Shown here in pieces: positions 19,410-28,897 of a DNA stretch of 64,000 nucleotides. The notes beneath the pieces were generated by a model. That model was given only the letters and a program-made list of their open reading frames with translations, ran no database searches and had not been told where the DNA came from. The position numbers and the translations under genes were made by a program. How positions within the stretch are numbered: the first letter of the stretch is position 1; each line of letters begins with the position of its first letter. Source of the DNA: Lachnospiraceae bacterium (GTDB lineage Bacteria; Bacillota; Clostridia; Lachnospirales; Lachnospiraceae); assembly GCA_045641365.1 (NCBI GenBank), contig JAZUGT010000077.1, positions 26,493 through 90,492 of the forward strand. The letters run 5' to 3'.

Positions 19410-20801
19410 ATGGAATTAACGAACATTAGAGATCTATACAGAGACAAGGAACAGTACATCGGTAAGAAGGTAAGCGTAGGCGGTTGGCTGAGAGGCAATC
19501 GTGATTCCAAGACATTTGGATTCTTAGTTGTCAATGATGGAACATTTTTCGAGACACTTCAGGTAGTATATGCCGATGGTCTTGATAATTTCGAAGCAAT
19601 TACCAAGCTTAATGTTGGTGCGGCAGTTATTGCTACAGGTACAATCGTTGCTACTCCAGATGCAAAGCAGCCATTTGAGATGCAGGCAGATGAGGTGGTT
19701 ATCGAGGGCGAGTCTACTGCAGATTATCCACTTCAGAAGAAGAGACATACATTTGAGTATCTTCGTACTATAACTCATCTTCGTGCAAGAACTAATACAT
19801 TTGAGGCAGTATTCCGTGTACGTTCTGTTGCTGCATACGCAATACATAAGTTCTTCCAGGAGAGAGACTTTGTATACGTTCATACACCAATCATTACAGG
19901 AAGTGACTGTGAGGGCGCTGGAGAGATGTTCCAGGTTACAACTCTTGATATGAACAATCTTCCTACAGATGATAAGGGTAATGTTGATTACTCACAGGAT
20001 TTCTATGGTAAGCCAACCAACCTTACTGTTAGTGGACAGCTTAACGTAGAGACATATGCATTTGCATTCAAAAATGTATATACTTTTGGTCCTACATTCA
20101 GAGCTGAGAATTCTAACACAACAAGACATGCATCAGAGTTCTGGATGATTGAGCCAGAGATATGCTTCGCAGATCTTAAGGATGATATGATTCTTGCTGA
20201 GAGCATGCTTAAGTATGTTATCAGATATGTACTTGATAACTGTCCTGAGGAGATGAACTTCTTCAATAATTTTATAGATAAAGGACTTATCGAGAGACTT
20301 GAGCATGTATGTAACTCTGAATTTGGTCATGTTACGTATACAGATGCAATTAAGATTCTTGAGAAGAACAATGATAAGTTTGATTATAAGGTATTCTGGG
20401 GATGTGATCTTCAGACTGAGCACGAGAGATATCTTACAGAGCAGGAGTTCAAGCGTCCTGTATTCGTAACTGATTACCCTAAGGATATCAAGGCATTCTA
20501 CATGAAGCTTAATGAAGATGGCAAGACTGTTGCAGCATGTGACTGTCTCGTTCCTGCTATTGGTGAGATTATCGGTGGTTCTCAGAGAGAGGACAATCTT
20601 GAACTTCTTGAGAAGAGAATGGAAGAGATGGGCCTTAATAAGGAAGATTATCAGTTCTATCTTGATCTTAGAAAGTATGGCTCTGCAAGACATGCAGGCT
20701 TTGGCCTTGGATTTGAGAGATGTATCATGTATCTTACAGGAATGGGCAATATCAGAGACGTAATTCCATTCCCAAGAACAGTTAATAACTGTGATCTGTA
20801 G
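19410..20801 (+). CDS. asnS: Asparagine--tRNA ligase
   Basis: [38 protein letters not shown]. Confidence 0.97.
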   Translation: MELTNIRDLYRDKEQYIGKKVSVGGWLRGNRDSKTFGFLVVNDGTFFETLQVVYADGLDNFEAITKLNVGAAVIATGTIVATPDAKQPFEMQADEVVIEGESTADYPLQKKRHTFEYLRTITHLRARTNTFEAVFRVRSVAAYAIHKFFQERDFVYVHTPIITGSDCEGAGEMFQVTTLDMNNLPTDDKGNVDYSQDFYGKPTNLTVSGQLNVETYAFAFKNVYTFGPTFRAENSNTTRHASEFWMIEPEICFADLKDDMILAESMLKYVIRYVLDNCPEEMNFFNNFIDKGLIERLEHVCNSEFGHVTYTDAIKILEKNNDKFDYKVFWGCDLQTEHERYLTEQEFKRPVFVTDYPKDIKAFYMKLNEDGKTVAACDCLVPAIGEIIGGSQREDNLELLEKRMEEMGLNKEDYQFYLDLRKYGSARHAGFGLGFERCIMYLTGMGNIRDVIPFPRTVNNCDL

Positions 20802-20875
20802 GAGAGATAACAATATGCCTGTCTGCAACCGGTTATTGGGCGATTGCAGAGGGGTAGAATTATAGGAGAGCGGTA

Positions 20876-22039
20876 TTGAGAAGATTACTAGCTTATATTC
20901 TATGTATAATAATGATAATATCTGTTCCAATGAGCGTTAATGCGACTACTGTTTCTGAGATTAAGAAGCAGCAGAAGGAGACTCAGAAGCAGTTAGATGC
21001 AGCCAATAGCAAGGTTAGTAATCTGGCTAAAGAGAAGGACGCGTTAGAGGATGAGATAGCGGAGCTTGATGAACAGCTTGTCGAGGTAATCGCATCTGTA
21101 AGCCTTATTGAAGAAGAGATAGTTGAGATCGAAGAGAAGATTGAGATTAAGAAGCAGGAGTACGAAGAGGCTAAGGCAGAGGAAGAAGCCCAGTATGATG
21201 CGATGAAGAAGCGTGTCAAGTTCATGTATGAGAAGGGTGACTATTCTTACGTTCAGATGCTTGTTGAGGCCAAGAGTCTTTCTGATATTGTCAACAAGTC
21301 AGACTATGTCGAGAAGCTCTATGAGTACGACAGAGAGATGCTTGAGAAGTACAAGGAAGCCAAGGAAGCTGTAGCCGAGGCTAAGGCGGCTCTGGAAGAA
21401 GAGCAGGAAGAGCTTGAGACAAGCAAGTATGAACTTGAGGTTGAGAAGGCTGAGCTCGATGAACTCATGGAAGAGAAGAAGGCCAGAGCAGAAGACTTTG
21501 ATAACCAGATAGCCAAGGCAAAGCAGGAGGCAGCTGCCTTTAAGGCTAAGATTAAGCAGCAGAACAATACAATCAAGCAGCTCGAGGCAGAAGCAGCCAA
21601 GAAGCTTGCGGCAGAGAGCGCTAAAAATGGCAATACTGGCAAGAATGGAAAGGGTACTGTTGATTCTTCCGAGGTAATCAGCGGATCACCGGGAAGTGCA
21701 TCAGGTAAGGAGGTTGCATCTTATGCCTGCAGATTCGTCGGTAATCCTTATGTTCCAGGAGGAACCTCCCTTACCAAGGGCTGTGACTGTTCTGGATTCA
21801 CACTTGCCGTATATAGAGATTTTGGATATTCACTTCCTCGTAATTCAACAGGACAGAGAAGCGCTGGAAGAGAAGTAAGCTATGCAGATGCGCAGCCAGG
21901 AGACATTATCTGCTACGCAGGCCATGTTGCCCTGTATCTTGGAGGAGGAAGAATTGTACATGCCAGTACACCTTCAACCGGAATCAAGTATGGAACTGCA
22001 ACATACAAGCCTATATTATCAGTCAGAAGAATTGTATAG
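20876..22039 (+). CDS. Secreted coiled-coil NlpC/P60 peptidoglycan endopeptidase (CwlO/PcsB-like)
   Basis: TTG start after AGGAG; signal peptide; long coiled coil; NPYVPGG..DCSGF..GHVALY..HAS. Confidence 0.9.
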   Translation: MRRLLAYILCIIMIISVPMSVNATTVSEIKKQQKETQKQLDAANSKVSNLAKEKDALEDEIAELDEQLVEVIASVSLIEEEIVEIEEKIEIKKQEYEEAKAEEEAQYDAMKKRVKFMYEKGDYSYVQMLVEAKSLSDIVNKSDYVEKLYEYDREMLEKYKEAKEAVAEAKAALEEEQEELETSKYELEVEKAELDELMEEKKARAEDFDNQIAKAKQEAAAFKAKIKQQNNTIKQLEAEAAKKLAAESAKNGNTGKNGKGTVDSSEVISGSPGSASGKEVASYACRFVGNPYVPGGTSLTKGCDCSGFTLAVYRDFGYSLPRNSTGQRSAGREVSYADAQPGDIICYAGHVALYLGGGRIVHASTPSTGIKYGTATYKPILSVRRIV

Positions 22040-22108
22040 CCTGATGGTGATGTACCAGACTGGCCATTACATGCATATTATAGTCTAGATATATTTATAG
22101 AAGATACA

Positions 22109-22136
22109 TAGTGCCTTGCCAGTTGGCGAGGCATTA
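22109..22136 (+). terminator. Hairpin after the NlpC/P60 gene
   Basis: TAGTGCCTTGCCA-gt-TGGCGAGGCATTA; weak U tract. Confidence 0.5.
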
Positions 22137-22194
22137 GTGTTATAGGAAGAGAAGGCAGCCCAGGCGAGTCTGGGATTGTTAAAGGAGAACGAGA

Positions 22195-22836
22195 TTGAGA
22201 TTACGACATATTAAGGGTGCCGAAGAGATGGTGGCGAGCAACAGATTTGTCATACAGGATCCAGAAGGGCAGAAGGGACGCTGGCAGGAGGTCTTTACTG
22301 ACAATGCGCCAATACATATAGAAGTAGGAATGGGAAAGGGTCGCTTCATGATGGACATGGCCGAAGCCCATCCTGATATTAATTATATAGGAATAGAGAT
22401 GTATTCATCGGTACTTCTTAGAGCACTGCAGAAGATGGAAGAACGAGAATTATCTAATCTAAGATTCATCCTGATGGATGCAGCAACAATAGAGAGTGTC
22501 TTTGATAAGGGCGAGGTGGAGAAGATATATCTCAACTTCTCGGATCCTTGGCCAAAGGACAGACATGCCAAGAGACGCCTTCCATCAAGACAATTCTTAG
22601 GAAGATTCGCAGGCGTTCTTGAAGATGGCGGGATGATTGAATTTAAGACAGATAACCGAGTGCTGTTTGATTTTGCACTTGAGGAAGTGGAGGCAGGAGG
22701 CTTTGAACTGATACAGTCCACTTTCGATCTTCATAATAATGAAGAGATGATGGAAGGGAATATCATGACGGAGTATGAAGAGAAGTTCTCTTCTATAGGT
22801 AATCCTATCTGTAAGTATATTATTAGGAAGAAGTAG
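22195..22836 (+). CDS. trmB: tRNA (guanine-N7)-methyltransferase
   Basis: IEVGMGKGRF, LNFSDPWPKDRHAKRRL, FKTD, MTEYE. Confidence 0.96.
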   Translation: MRLRHIKGAEEMVASNRFVIQDPEGQKGRWQEVFTDNAPIHIEVGMGKGRFMMDMAEAHPDINYIGIEMYSSVLLRALQKMEERELSNLRFILMDAATIESVFDKGEVEKIYLNFSDPWPKDRHAKRRLPSRQFLGRFAGVLEDGGMIEFKTDNRVLFDFALEEVEAGGFELIQSTFDLHNNEEMMEGNIMTEYEEKFSSIGNPICKYIIRKK

Positions 22837-22840
22837 TGCA

Positions 22841-22963
22841 CTTAGAGATGGGCCTGTAAGAACAGTAGCAGAACTTGTAAGCATAATGGTGATAGCGTAA
22901 TGTGCTTAGAGATGGGACTGTAAGAACAGTAGAAGCACTTGGAAGCATAATGGTGATAGCGTA
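22841..22963 (+). repeat. Two ~59-bp direct repeats (64-bp period) between trmB and tcdA
   Basis: CTTAGAGATGGG.CTGTAAGAACAGTAG.AG.ACTTG.AAGCATAATGGTGATAGCGTA at 22841 and 22905, with 4 mismatches. Confidence 0.92.
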
Positions 22964-22965
22964 GT

Positions 22966-23655
22966 ATGATCAGAGAAGAACTCGTAAGGACGGCAGCAGT
23001 GCTTGGCGAAGCTGCTATCGATAAGCTTAATAGTAGTCATGTGGCAGTATTCGGCATCGGTGGTGTAGGCGGACATGTCGTGGAAGTGCTTGCACGAAGC
23101 GGTGTAGGGAGACTCACCCTGGTTGATGCTGATGTCGTAGAGCCAAGTAATATCAACAGACAGCTCGTGGCGACAAGATCAACAACAGGAAGAGCGAAGG
23201 TCGATATTATGAAGGAGCGCATTCTGGATATTAATCCTGAGTGTCAGGTAGATGCAATCAGAGAGTTCTTTCTGCCAGATACTTCAGAGTCGTTTGATTT
23301 TGCCTCATATGACTATGTGGTAGATGCGATAGATACCGTGACTGGCAAGATAGAGCTTGTGCTTAAGGCAAATGAGGCAGGGGTGCCTGTTATATCATCG
23401 ATGGGCGCAGGTAATAAGCTGTCGGCGACAGACTTCCGCGTTGCAGATATATATGATACGAAGGTATGCCCGCTTGCGAAGGTTATGCGAAGGGAACTTA
23501 AGGCACGAGGGGTAAAATCGCTTAAGTGTGTGTATTCTGAAGAGCCTGCAGCTGATAGCGGCATGGGACGAACACCTGCATCCGTAGCATGGGTGCCATC
23601 TGCGGTGGGACTAATTATCGGAGGCGAAGTGGTGAAGGATATCGCAGGAGTATAA
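22966..23655 (+). CDS. tcdA: tRNA threonylcarbamoyladenosine dehydratase (ThiF family)
   Basis: GIGGVGG, SNINRQ, VVDAID, SSMGAG, CPLAKVMR, VYSEE. Confidence 0.88.
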   Translation: MIREELVRTAAVLGEAAIDKLNSSHVAVFGIGGVGGHVVEVLARSGVGRLTLVDADVVEPSNINRQLVATRSTTGRAKVDIMKERILDINPECQVDAIREFFLPDTSESFDFASYDYVVDAIDTVTGKIELVLKANEAGVPVISSMGAGNKLSATDFRVADIYDTKVCPLAKVMRRELKARGVKSLKCVYSEEPAADSGMGRTPASVAWVPSAVGLIIGGEVVKDIAGV

Positions 23656-23692
23656 CTCGGAAGTGTGACTAGATCAGATATAAGTACGGATG

Positions 23693-23728
23693 ATCCGATG
23701 GAAGAAGTGCATTCCATCGGATTTCTTG
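23693..23728 (+). terminator. Intrinsic terminator after tcdA
   Basis: ATCCGATGGAA-N8-TTCCATCGGAT followed by TTCTT. Confidence 0.7.
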
Positions 23729-23809
23729 TGTATTAATGGATGCAGCGCCACATTATATAGTGGCTAAAAATAAAAGTTGCAAAAAAACAAAAAAATATGC
23801 AAAAAGTAC

Positions 23810-23836
23810 TAAAGTTTTGTTACACTAAGTCGATAT
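23810..23836 (+). promoter_or_regulatory. Sigma28 promoter of flagellin 1
   Basis: TAAA(GTTT)-N15-GTCGATAT with an A-tract UP-like region upstream. Confidence 0.9.
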
Positions 23837-23988
23837 AATAGGTGTAAGAAAACAATTCTTACCTACAATTTAATACGGAATACACCATAGTATTTTGTTT
23901 AATTACATTGTATAGAGCCGGTCTGGCTCGGGCGTCAGGGCCCGATGAACGAGGCAGGTCGGTTACTATAGATTTACTTATTAATTAA

Positions 23989-24029
23989 GCAACGGATGCA
24001 CAAGGATGTGCACTGAAAAAACAAGGAGG
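23989..24029 (+). promoter_or_regulatory. CsrA-type binding sites in the flagellin 1 leader
   Basis: TGCACA-AGGA-TGTGCA hairpin (23997-24012), plus ACGGA upstream and AAGGAGG at the RBS; resembles the B. subtilis hag leader. Confidence 0.75.
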
Positions 24030-24037
24030 TAACTATT

Positions 24038-25531
24038 ATGGTAGTACAGCACAATCTTAAAGCAATGAACTCTAACAGAATGTTAGGACTTACATCAAGC
24101 TCTCAGGCAAAGTCTACAGAGAAGCTTTCATCTGGTTACAAGATCAACAGAGCAGCAGATGATGCAGCAGGTCTTTCAATCAGTGAGAAGATGCGTAAGC
24201 AGATCAGAGGTCTTACACAGGCTTCAGCTAACGCTCAGGACGGTATCTCAGCAGTACAGACAGCAGAAGGTGCACTGAACGAAGTTCAGGACATGCTTCA
24301 GAGAATGAACGAGCTTGCAGTTAAGGCAGCTAACGGAACTAACAGTGAGAATGATAGAATGTATATCCAGAACGAGATCGATCAGCTCTCTACTGAGATC
24401 GACCGTGTTGCTGAGACAACAAAGTTCAACGAGACATATCTGTTAAAGGGTAACAAGGGCGCAGAGAAGGGTTATAGCTTCGCTTATGACAAATTCAACG
24501 CTCAGGAACTTGGTCAGGCAACATTTACAGCAGATGCAGCAACAGGACTTTCAGTTGGTACATCATGGACAGCTGAGGCACCAGCTAATGCAAAGGTTCA
24601 GGATGAGCTCAATGAGCTTATGAAGTCTTTCAGAGATCAGGGTGTTAGTGTTAAGTTCACAACAACTTGGGACGATACAACACAGGCAGCTTCAAGCTCA
24701 TATACATTAGAGCTTACAGGCGCACTTGCCGACAAGTATACAATCGAAGGAACAACAACTGGAACAACAACTATGACAGGTGCTTTCAAGATTTCAGATC
24801 TTGACGGTAACACGCTTATCGACAACATCTCGATCACAGGTGGTACAGCTGCAACAAGCAATGCTGAAAGTGCAACAACATCTGCAACAATCACAGCTTC
24901 AGCTATTACAGCTACAAAGAGCACAGATTCTGTAGCAGCATACTATGATAAGGATGGCAATAAGATCTCTGCTAACGATCTTGAGAACTACTTCTCAGGT
25001 TCAGGTGCAGCAGGTTCTGAGTCAGTTGCAGTTCGTGGTGATGCTAAGCAGGTATATGATGCAGTTGGTAACCTTGAAGAGCTTAATGCTAGTGATGTAG
25101 CAGCATCTAAGGATAAGACAGCTTCTCTTGCAGTTGGTCTTCACGTTGGTGCTGATGCAACTGGTAACAACCAGATCAGCATGAACATCGAAGCAATGAC
25201 AGCTAAGAGCCTTGGCGTTAACTTCATTAAGGTTGACGGTTCTGACGACTCTAATGCCCTTAAGGCTATCGACACAATCAAGACAGCAATCCAGAAGGTT
25301 TCAACACAGAGATCTTCACTCGGTGCTGTTCAGAACAGACTTGAGCACACAATCAACAACTTAGATAACGTAGTTGAGAATACAACAAGCGCTGAGTCAG
25401 CTATCCGTGATACAGATATGGCTTCAGAGATGGTTAAGTTCTCTAACAACAATATCCTTGCTCAGGCAGGTCAGGCTATGCTTGCACAGGCTAATCAGTC
25501 TAACCAGGGAGTACTTTCTCTCTTAGGTTAA
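24038..25531 (+). CDS. fliC: Flagellin 1
   Basis: [34 protein letters not shown]; C-terminal [24 protein letters not shown]; Thr/Ala/Ser-rich variable domain. Confidence 0.98.
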   Translation: MVVQHNLKAMNSNRMLGLTSSSQAKSTEKLSSGYKINRAADDAAGLSISEKMRKQIRGLTQASANAQDGISAVQTAEGALNEVQDMLQRMNELAVKAANGTNSENDRMYIQNEIDQLSTEIDRVAETTKFNETYLLKGNKGAEKGYSFAYDKFNAQELGQATFTADAATGLSVGTSWTAEAPANAKVQDELNELMKSFRDQGVSVKFTTTWDDTTQAASSSYTLELTGALADKYTIEGTTTGTTTMTGAFKISDLDGNTLIDNISITGGTAATSNAESATTSATITASAITATKSTDSVAAYYDKDGNKISANDLENYFSGSGAAGSESVAVRGDAKQVYDAVGNLEELNASDVAASKDKTASLAVGLHVGADATGNNQISMNIEAMTAKSLGVNFIKVDGSDDSNALKAIDTIKTAIQKVSTQRSSLGAVQNRLEHTINNLDNVVENTTSAESAIRDTDMASEMVKFSNNNILAQAGQAMLAQANQSNQGVLSLLG

Positions 25532-25560
25532 TTGATAACTTAATCAGATTTTTTATAACA

Positions 25561-25586
25561 GCTTCCGCCGCTTAGGCGGCGGGAGT
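25561..25586 (+). terminator. GC-rich hairpin after flagellin 1 (terminator or 3' stabiliser)
   Basis: GCTTCCGCCGC-ttag-GCGGCGGGAGT; no strong U tract. Confidence 0.6.
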
Positions 25587-25666
25587 TAACTGTAAGAAGT
25601 CTATTAGGAGCATGTGCTGGTGCTTTGACTAATTACAGATAACTACAACCATAATAAGAAGAAAAC

Positions 25667-25696
25667 AAACCCGGAATCATCCGGGTTTTTTCTTTT
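25667..25696 (+). terminator. Intrinsic terminator between the flagellin genes
   Basis: AAACCCGGA-atca-TCCGGGTTT followed by TTTCTTTT. Confidence 0.8.
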
Positions 25697-25734
25697 ATAT
25701 AAATAAATAGTTTTTTCTTTTATATAAATAAATA
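25685..25734 (+). repeat. 25-bp perfect tandem duplication
   Basis: GTTTTTTCTTTTATATAAATAAATA twice. Confidence 0.85.
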
Positions 25735-25873
25735 TATATATAGTGTTTATAATACCATTAGGATAATGTATAATATATAGAAGGAACTGCATTCAGTTAC
25801 TGCATTATATATGCGACAAGATCGCTTATTTACAGGCCTATTCAGAAAAAATAAATTTTTTTCAAAAAAGGGG

Positions 25874-25900
25874 TTAAGTAATTAATCACTTGGTCGATAT
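25874..25900 (+). promoter_or_regulatory. Sigma28 promoter of flagellin 2
   Basis: TTAA-N15-GTCGATAT; the leader has ATGGA, CAGGA (in an ATGC/GCAT hairpin) and AAGGA CsrA-like sites. Confidence 0.8.
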
Positions 25901-26000
25901 ATAATGTGAAAGCAATGTCAGTACAGCAGCTGATATTGAAATAAAGTAACTGTAGATATGGATATGAATGCAGGAAAGCATTTCAAGGAGGAATCTTATT

Positions 26001-27488
26001 ATGGTAGTACAGCACAATCTTACAGCAATGAATTCTAACAGAACGTTAGGAATCACAACAAAGTCACAGGCAAAGTCAACAGAGAAGCTTTCATCTGGTT
26101 ACAAGATTAACCGTGCAGCAGATGATGCAGCAGGTCTTTCGATCAGTGAGAAGATGCGTAAGCAGATCAGAGGTCTTACACAGGCTTCAGCTAATGCTCA
26201 GGATGGTATTTCAGCAGTGCAGACAGCAGAAGGTGCACTTGGTGAAGTACAGGATATGCTTCAGAGAATGAACGAGCTTGCAGTTAAGGCAGCTAACGGA
26301 ACTAACAGTATGGATGACAGATCTTACATCCAGAACGAGATCGATCAGCTCTCTACTGAGATTGATCGTGTTGCTGAGACAACAAAGTTCAATGAGAGCT
26401 ACTTACTTAAGGGTGACAAGAGCGCAGAGAAGAGCTACAATTTCGCATACAAGACATTCGCTAATGCAGAGACAGGTAAGGCAACATTCGCGGCTGATCC
26501 TGCTACAAATCTTTCTATTGGAACATCATGGGAAGCAGAGTCTGCAACAACTACTAAGATCCAGGATGAGATCAATGAACTTATGAAGTCGTTCAGAGAT
26601 CAGGGTGTTGGTATTACATGGTCTTCGACATATGATGATATTGTAGGTGCGGCTTCAAGCGGATATACAATTCAGCTTACTGGAGCGCTTGCTGATAAGT
26701 ACGTGATTGAAGGTACTACAACAGGCACAACTGGTGCTTTCTCAATTAAGGACCTTGATGGCAATACACTTTTTGATAATATAGCACTTACAGGTGGTGT
26801 TGAAGCAACAACTACTAATAAGAATGTAAGTACTGCAGCAACAATTACAGCATCTGCTATCACAGCTACAAAGAGTACAGCAGCTATGGCAGCATACTAT
26901 GATAAGGATGGCAACAAGATCTCTGCTAACGCTCTTGAGAATTACTTCTCAGGTTCAGGTGCAGCAGGTTCTGAGTCAGTTGCAGTTCGTGGTGATGCTA
27001 AGCAGGTATATGATGCAGTTGGTAACCTTGAAGTTCTTGATGAGAACGACATCTCAGCAACAAAGGATAAGATGGCTTCACTTAACTTAAGTCTTCAGGT
27101 TGGTGCTGATGCAACTGGTAACAACCAGATCGCACTTAATCTTGACTCTATGTCAGCTAGAGGACTTGGCGTTAACTTCATCAAGGTTGATGGTCCAGAC
27201 GACTCTAACGCTCTTAAGGCTATTGATACAATCAAGGAAGCTATCCAGAAGGTTTCTACACAGAGATCTGCACTCGGTGCTATTCAGAACAGACTTGAGC
27301 ATACAATCAACAACTTAGATAACGTAGTTGAGAATACAACAAGTGCTGAGTCAGCTATCCGTGATACAGACATGGCTTCAGAGATGGTTAAGTACTCTAA
27401 CAACAACATCCTTGCTCAGGCAGGACAGTCAATGCTTGCACAGGCTAATCAGTCTAACCAGGGAGTACTTTCGCTTCTTCAGGGCTAA
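26001..27488 (+). CDS. fliC: Flagellin 2 (paralogue of flagellin 1)
   Basis: ATG 26001 after AAGGAGG; same conserved N- and C-terminal flagellin motifs. Confidence 0.98.
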   Translation: MVVQHNLTAMNSNRTLGITTKSQAKSTEKLSSGYKINRAADDAAGLSISEKMRKQIRGLTQASANAQDGISAVQTAEGALGEVQDMLQRMNELAVKAANGTNSMDDRSYIQNEIDQLSTEIDRVAETTKFNESYLLKGDKSAEKSYNFAYKTFANAETGKATFAADPATNLSIGTSWEAESATTTKIQDEINELMKSFRDQGVGITWSSTYDDIVGAASSGYTIQLTGALADKYVIEGTTTGTTGAFSIKDLDGNTLFDNIALTGGVEATTTNKNVSTAATITASAITATKSTAAMAAYYDKDGNKISANALENYFSGSGAAGSESVAVRGDAKQVYDAVGNLEVLDENDISATKDKMASLNLSLQVGADATGNNQIALNLDSMSARGLGVNFIKVDGPDDSNALKAIDTIKEAIQKVSTQRSALGAIQNRLEHTINNLDNVVENTTSAESAIRDTDMASEMVKYSNNNILAQAGQSMLAQANQSNQGVLSLLQG

Positions 27489-27518
27489 TATAGATAGCTT
27501 AATCAAAATGATAACTAT

Positions 27519-27545
27519 AGGGAGGACAGATGTCCTCCCTGTTTT
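27519..27545 (+). terminator. Terminator after flagellin 2
   Basis: AGGGAGGACA-ga-TGTCCTCCCT-GTTTT. Confidence 0.8.
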
Positions 27546-27618
27546 AGTATTAGAGGGCCAGGTGTGACCAATTGTGTCTACCATGTGAAGGCTATGATTG
27601 AGTATGAGGGAATGATAT

Positions 27619-28683
27619 ATGATTCCAATATCAGTATGCATTATTGCAAAAAATGAAGAAAAGTACATAGAAGGATGCCTAAAGCACCTGCAGGGCTATG
27701 ACTGGGAAGTTGTAGTCGTTGATACTGGTTCGTCGGATCAGACTGTGGAGATTGCCAAGAAGTACACGAATTCGGTCTATCACTATGACTGGTGTGATGA
27801 TTTCTCCAAGGCAAGGAACTTTGCGGCTAAGAAAGCAAAAAATGATATCATTTTTGTAATAGATGCAGATGAGTATCTGTCAGAGGCTTATCCTGGGGAA
27901 ATATTGGAACTCTTTAAGGAACATCCATATGGCATGGGAGATATAGAGGTTGCCAATCTGCTTGGTGATGAAAATAGTACAAGCAGAGAATACATTAATG
28001 TTACAAGGATCTATAGTAAGAAGTATGCTCATTTCGAAGGTAGAATTCATGAGCAGATTAGAAGACTTGATGGCGAAAAAAAGGCTGTAGCTAGGCTTCA
28101 CATAAGCGCAGTACATTATGGATATCTAAAAGATAACAATTCGGATTCATCAAAAGATGAGCGCAACATCAAGCTGCTACTAATGGATCTTGAGGAAGAC
28201 CCTGATAATCCATACACATACTTCCAATTGTCGCAATCGTATGCAGCACTTGGAAGGACAGAGGATGCGCATGCGGTTAGGGCCAAGGCGATAAGTCTGG
28301 ATCCACCGATGGATGCGCCATATACAGAGAGGCTTCTTGTAGGCTATGGCAAGTCAGCCATGGAGCTTGGGAAATATGATGAGGCACTATCGCTTGAGGG
28401 GCTTTATGATGAATTGTCAGATGTAGCAGACTATCTCTTCACTCTTGGCCAGGCATACTTTGCTACAGGCGATAACGATATGGCTATCAGAATGTTTGCT
28501 GAGGCTACAGAAGCACCAAGGCAGTTTATACAGGGTATGAATACGTATTTTCCACTTAATGCTATGAGCGTTATATATGAGAGCATTGGGGATACAGCCA
28601 GAGCTAAGGAGTGTTCAGATATGGCTCAGGAGCTGGTAGTGCATGCATCCAGTCAGTTTAAGTCGGAGATAAGCGAGATATAA
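27619..28683 (+). CDS. GT2 glycosyltransferase with C-terminal TPRs; probable flagellin glycosyltransferase
   Basis: ISVCIIAKNEE, VVDTGSSD, DFSKARN, IDADE, GRIHEQ, HYGY and TPR-like helices; lies directly after the flagellins. Confidence 0.88.
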   Translation: MIPISVCIIAKNEEKYIEGCLKHLQGYDWEVVVVDTGSSDQTVEIAKKYTNSVYHYDWCDDFSKARNFAAKKAKNDIIFVIDADEYLSEAYPGEILELFKEHPYGMGDIEVANLLGDENSTSREYINVTRIYSKKYAHFEGRIHEQIRRLDGEKKAVARLHISAVHYGYLKDNNSDSSKDERNIKLLLMDLEEDPDNPYTYFQLSQSYAALGRTEDAHAVRAKAISLDPPMDAPYTERLLVGYGKSAMELGKYDEALSLEGLYDELSDVADYLFTLGQAYFATGDNDMAIRMFAEATEAPRQFIQGMNTYFPLNAMSVIYESIGDTARAKECSDMAQELVVHASSQFKSEISEI

Positions 28684-28735
28684 GGTATCTCATAGTGAGA
28701 AAAGTAACTATATAACATAATACGCGAGTTGATTG

Positions 28736-28770
28736 ATAAGAGTACTCTGTCAGAGTACTCTTATGTTTTA
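28736..28770 (+). terminator. Perfect 14-bp inverted repeat, probable terminator
   Basis: ATAAGAGTACTCTG-T-CAGAGTACTCTTAT-GTTTT. Confidence 0.75.
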
Positions 28771-28820
28771 TTAAATGCAAAAAGTATGAAATAATATGGG
28801 GGAATCAGGATTGATAATAT

Positions 28821-28847
28821 TAATAAATATAGAGAAAAAGCCGATAT
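28821..28847 (+). promoter_or_regulatory. Sigma28 promoter at the head of the glycan-modification operon
   Basis: TAAT-N15-GCCGATAT about 50 nt upstream of ATG 28898. Confidence 0.75.
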
Positions 28848-28897
28848 AAATAGTGATAACTATGCGTATCGATATGGAGCAGATTGGCGAGGCAGCA

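Noticed and set aside
7802-20930. Long antisense ORFs (e.g. 7802-8572 and 20133-20930)
   Set aside because: They lie opposite ddl and asnS, have no RBS or motifs, and are explained by codon bias of the real genes.
23911-23970. Hammerhead ribozyme, SRP RNA or c-di-GMP riboswitch
   Set aside because: It lacks CUGAUGA/GAAA cores, the SRP GGAA loop with AGCAG, and recognisable c-di-GMP aptamer motifs. Kept only as an unassigned structured element.
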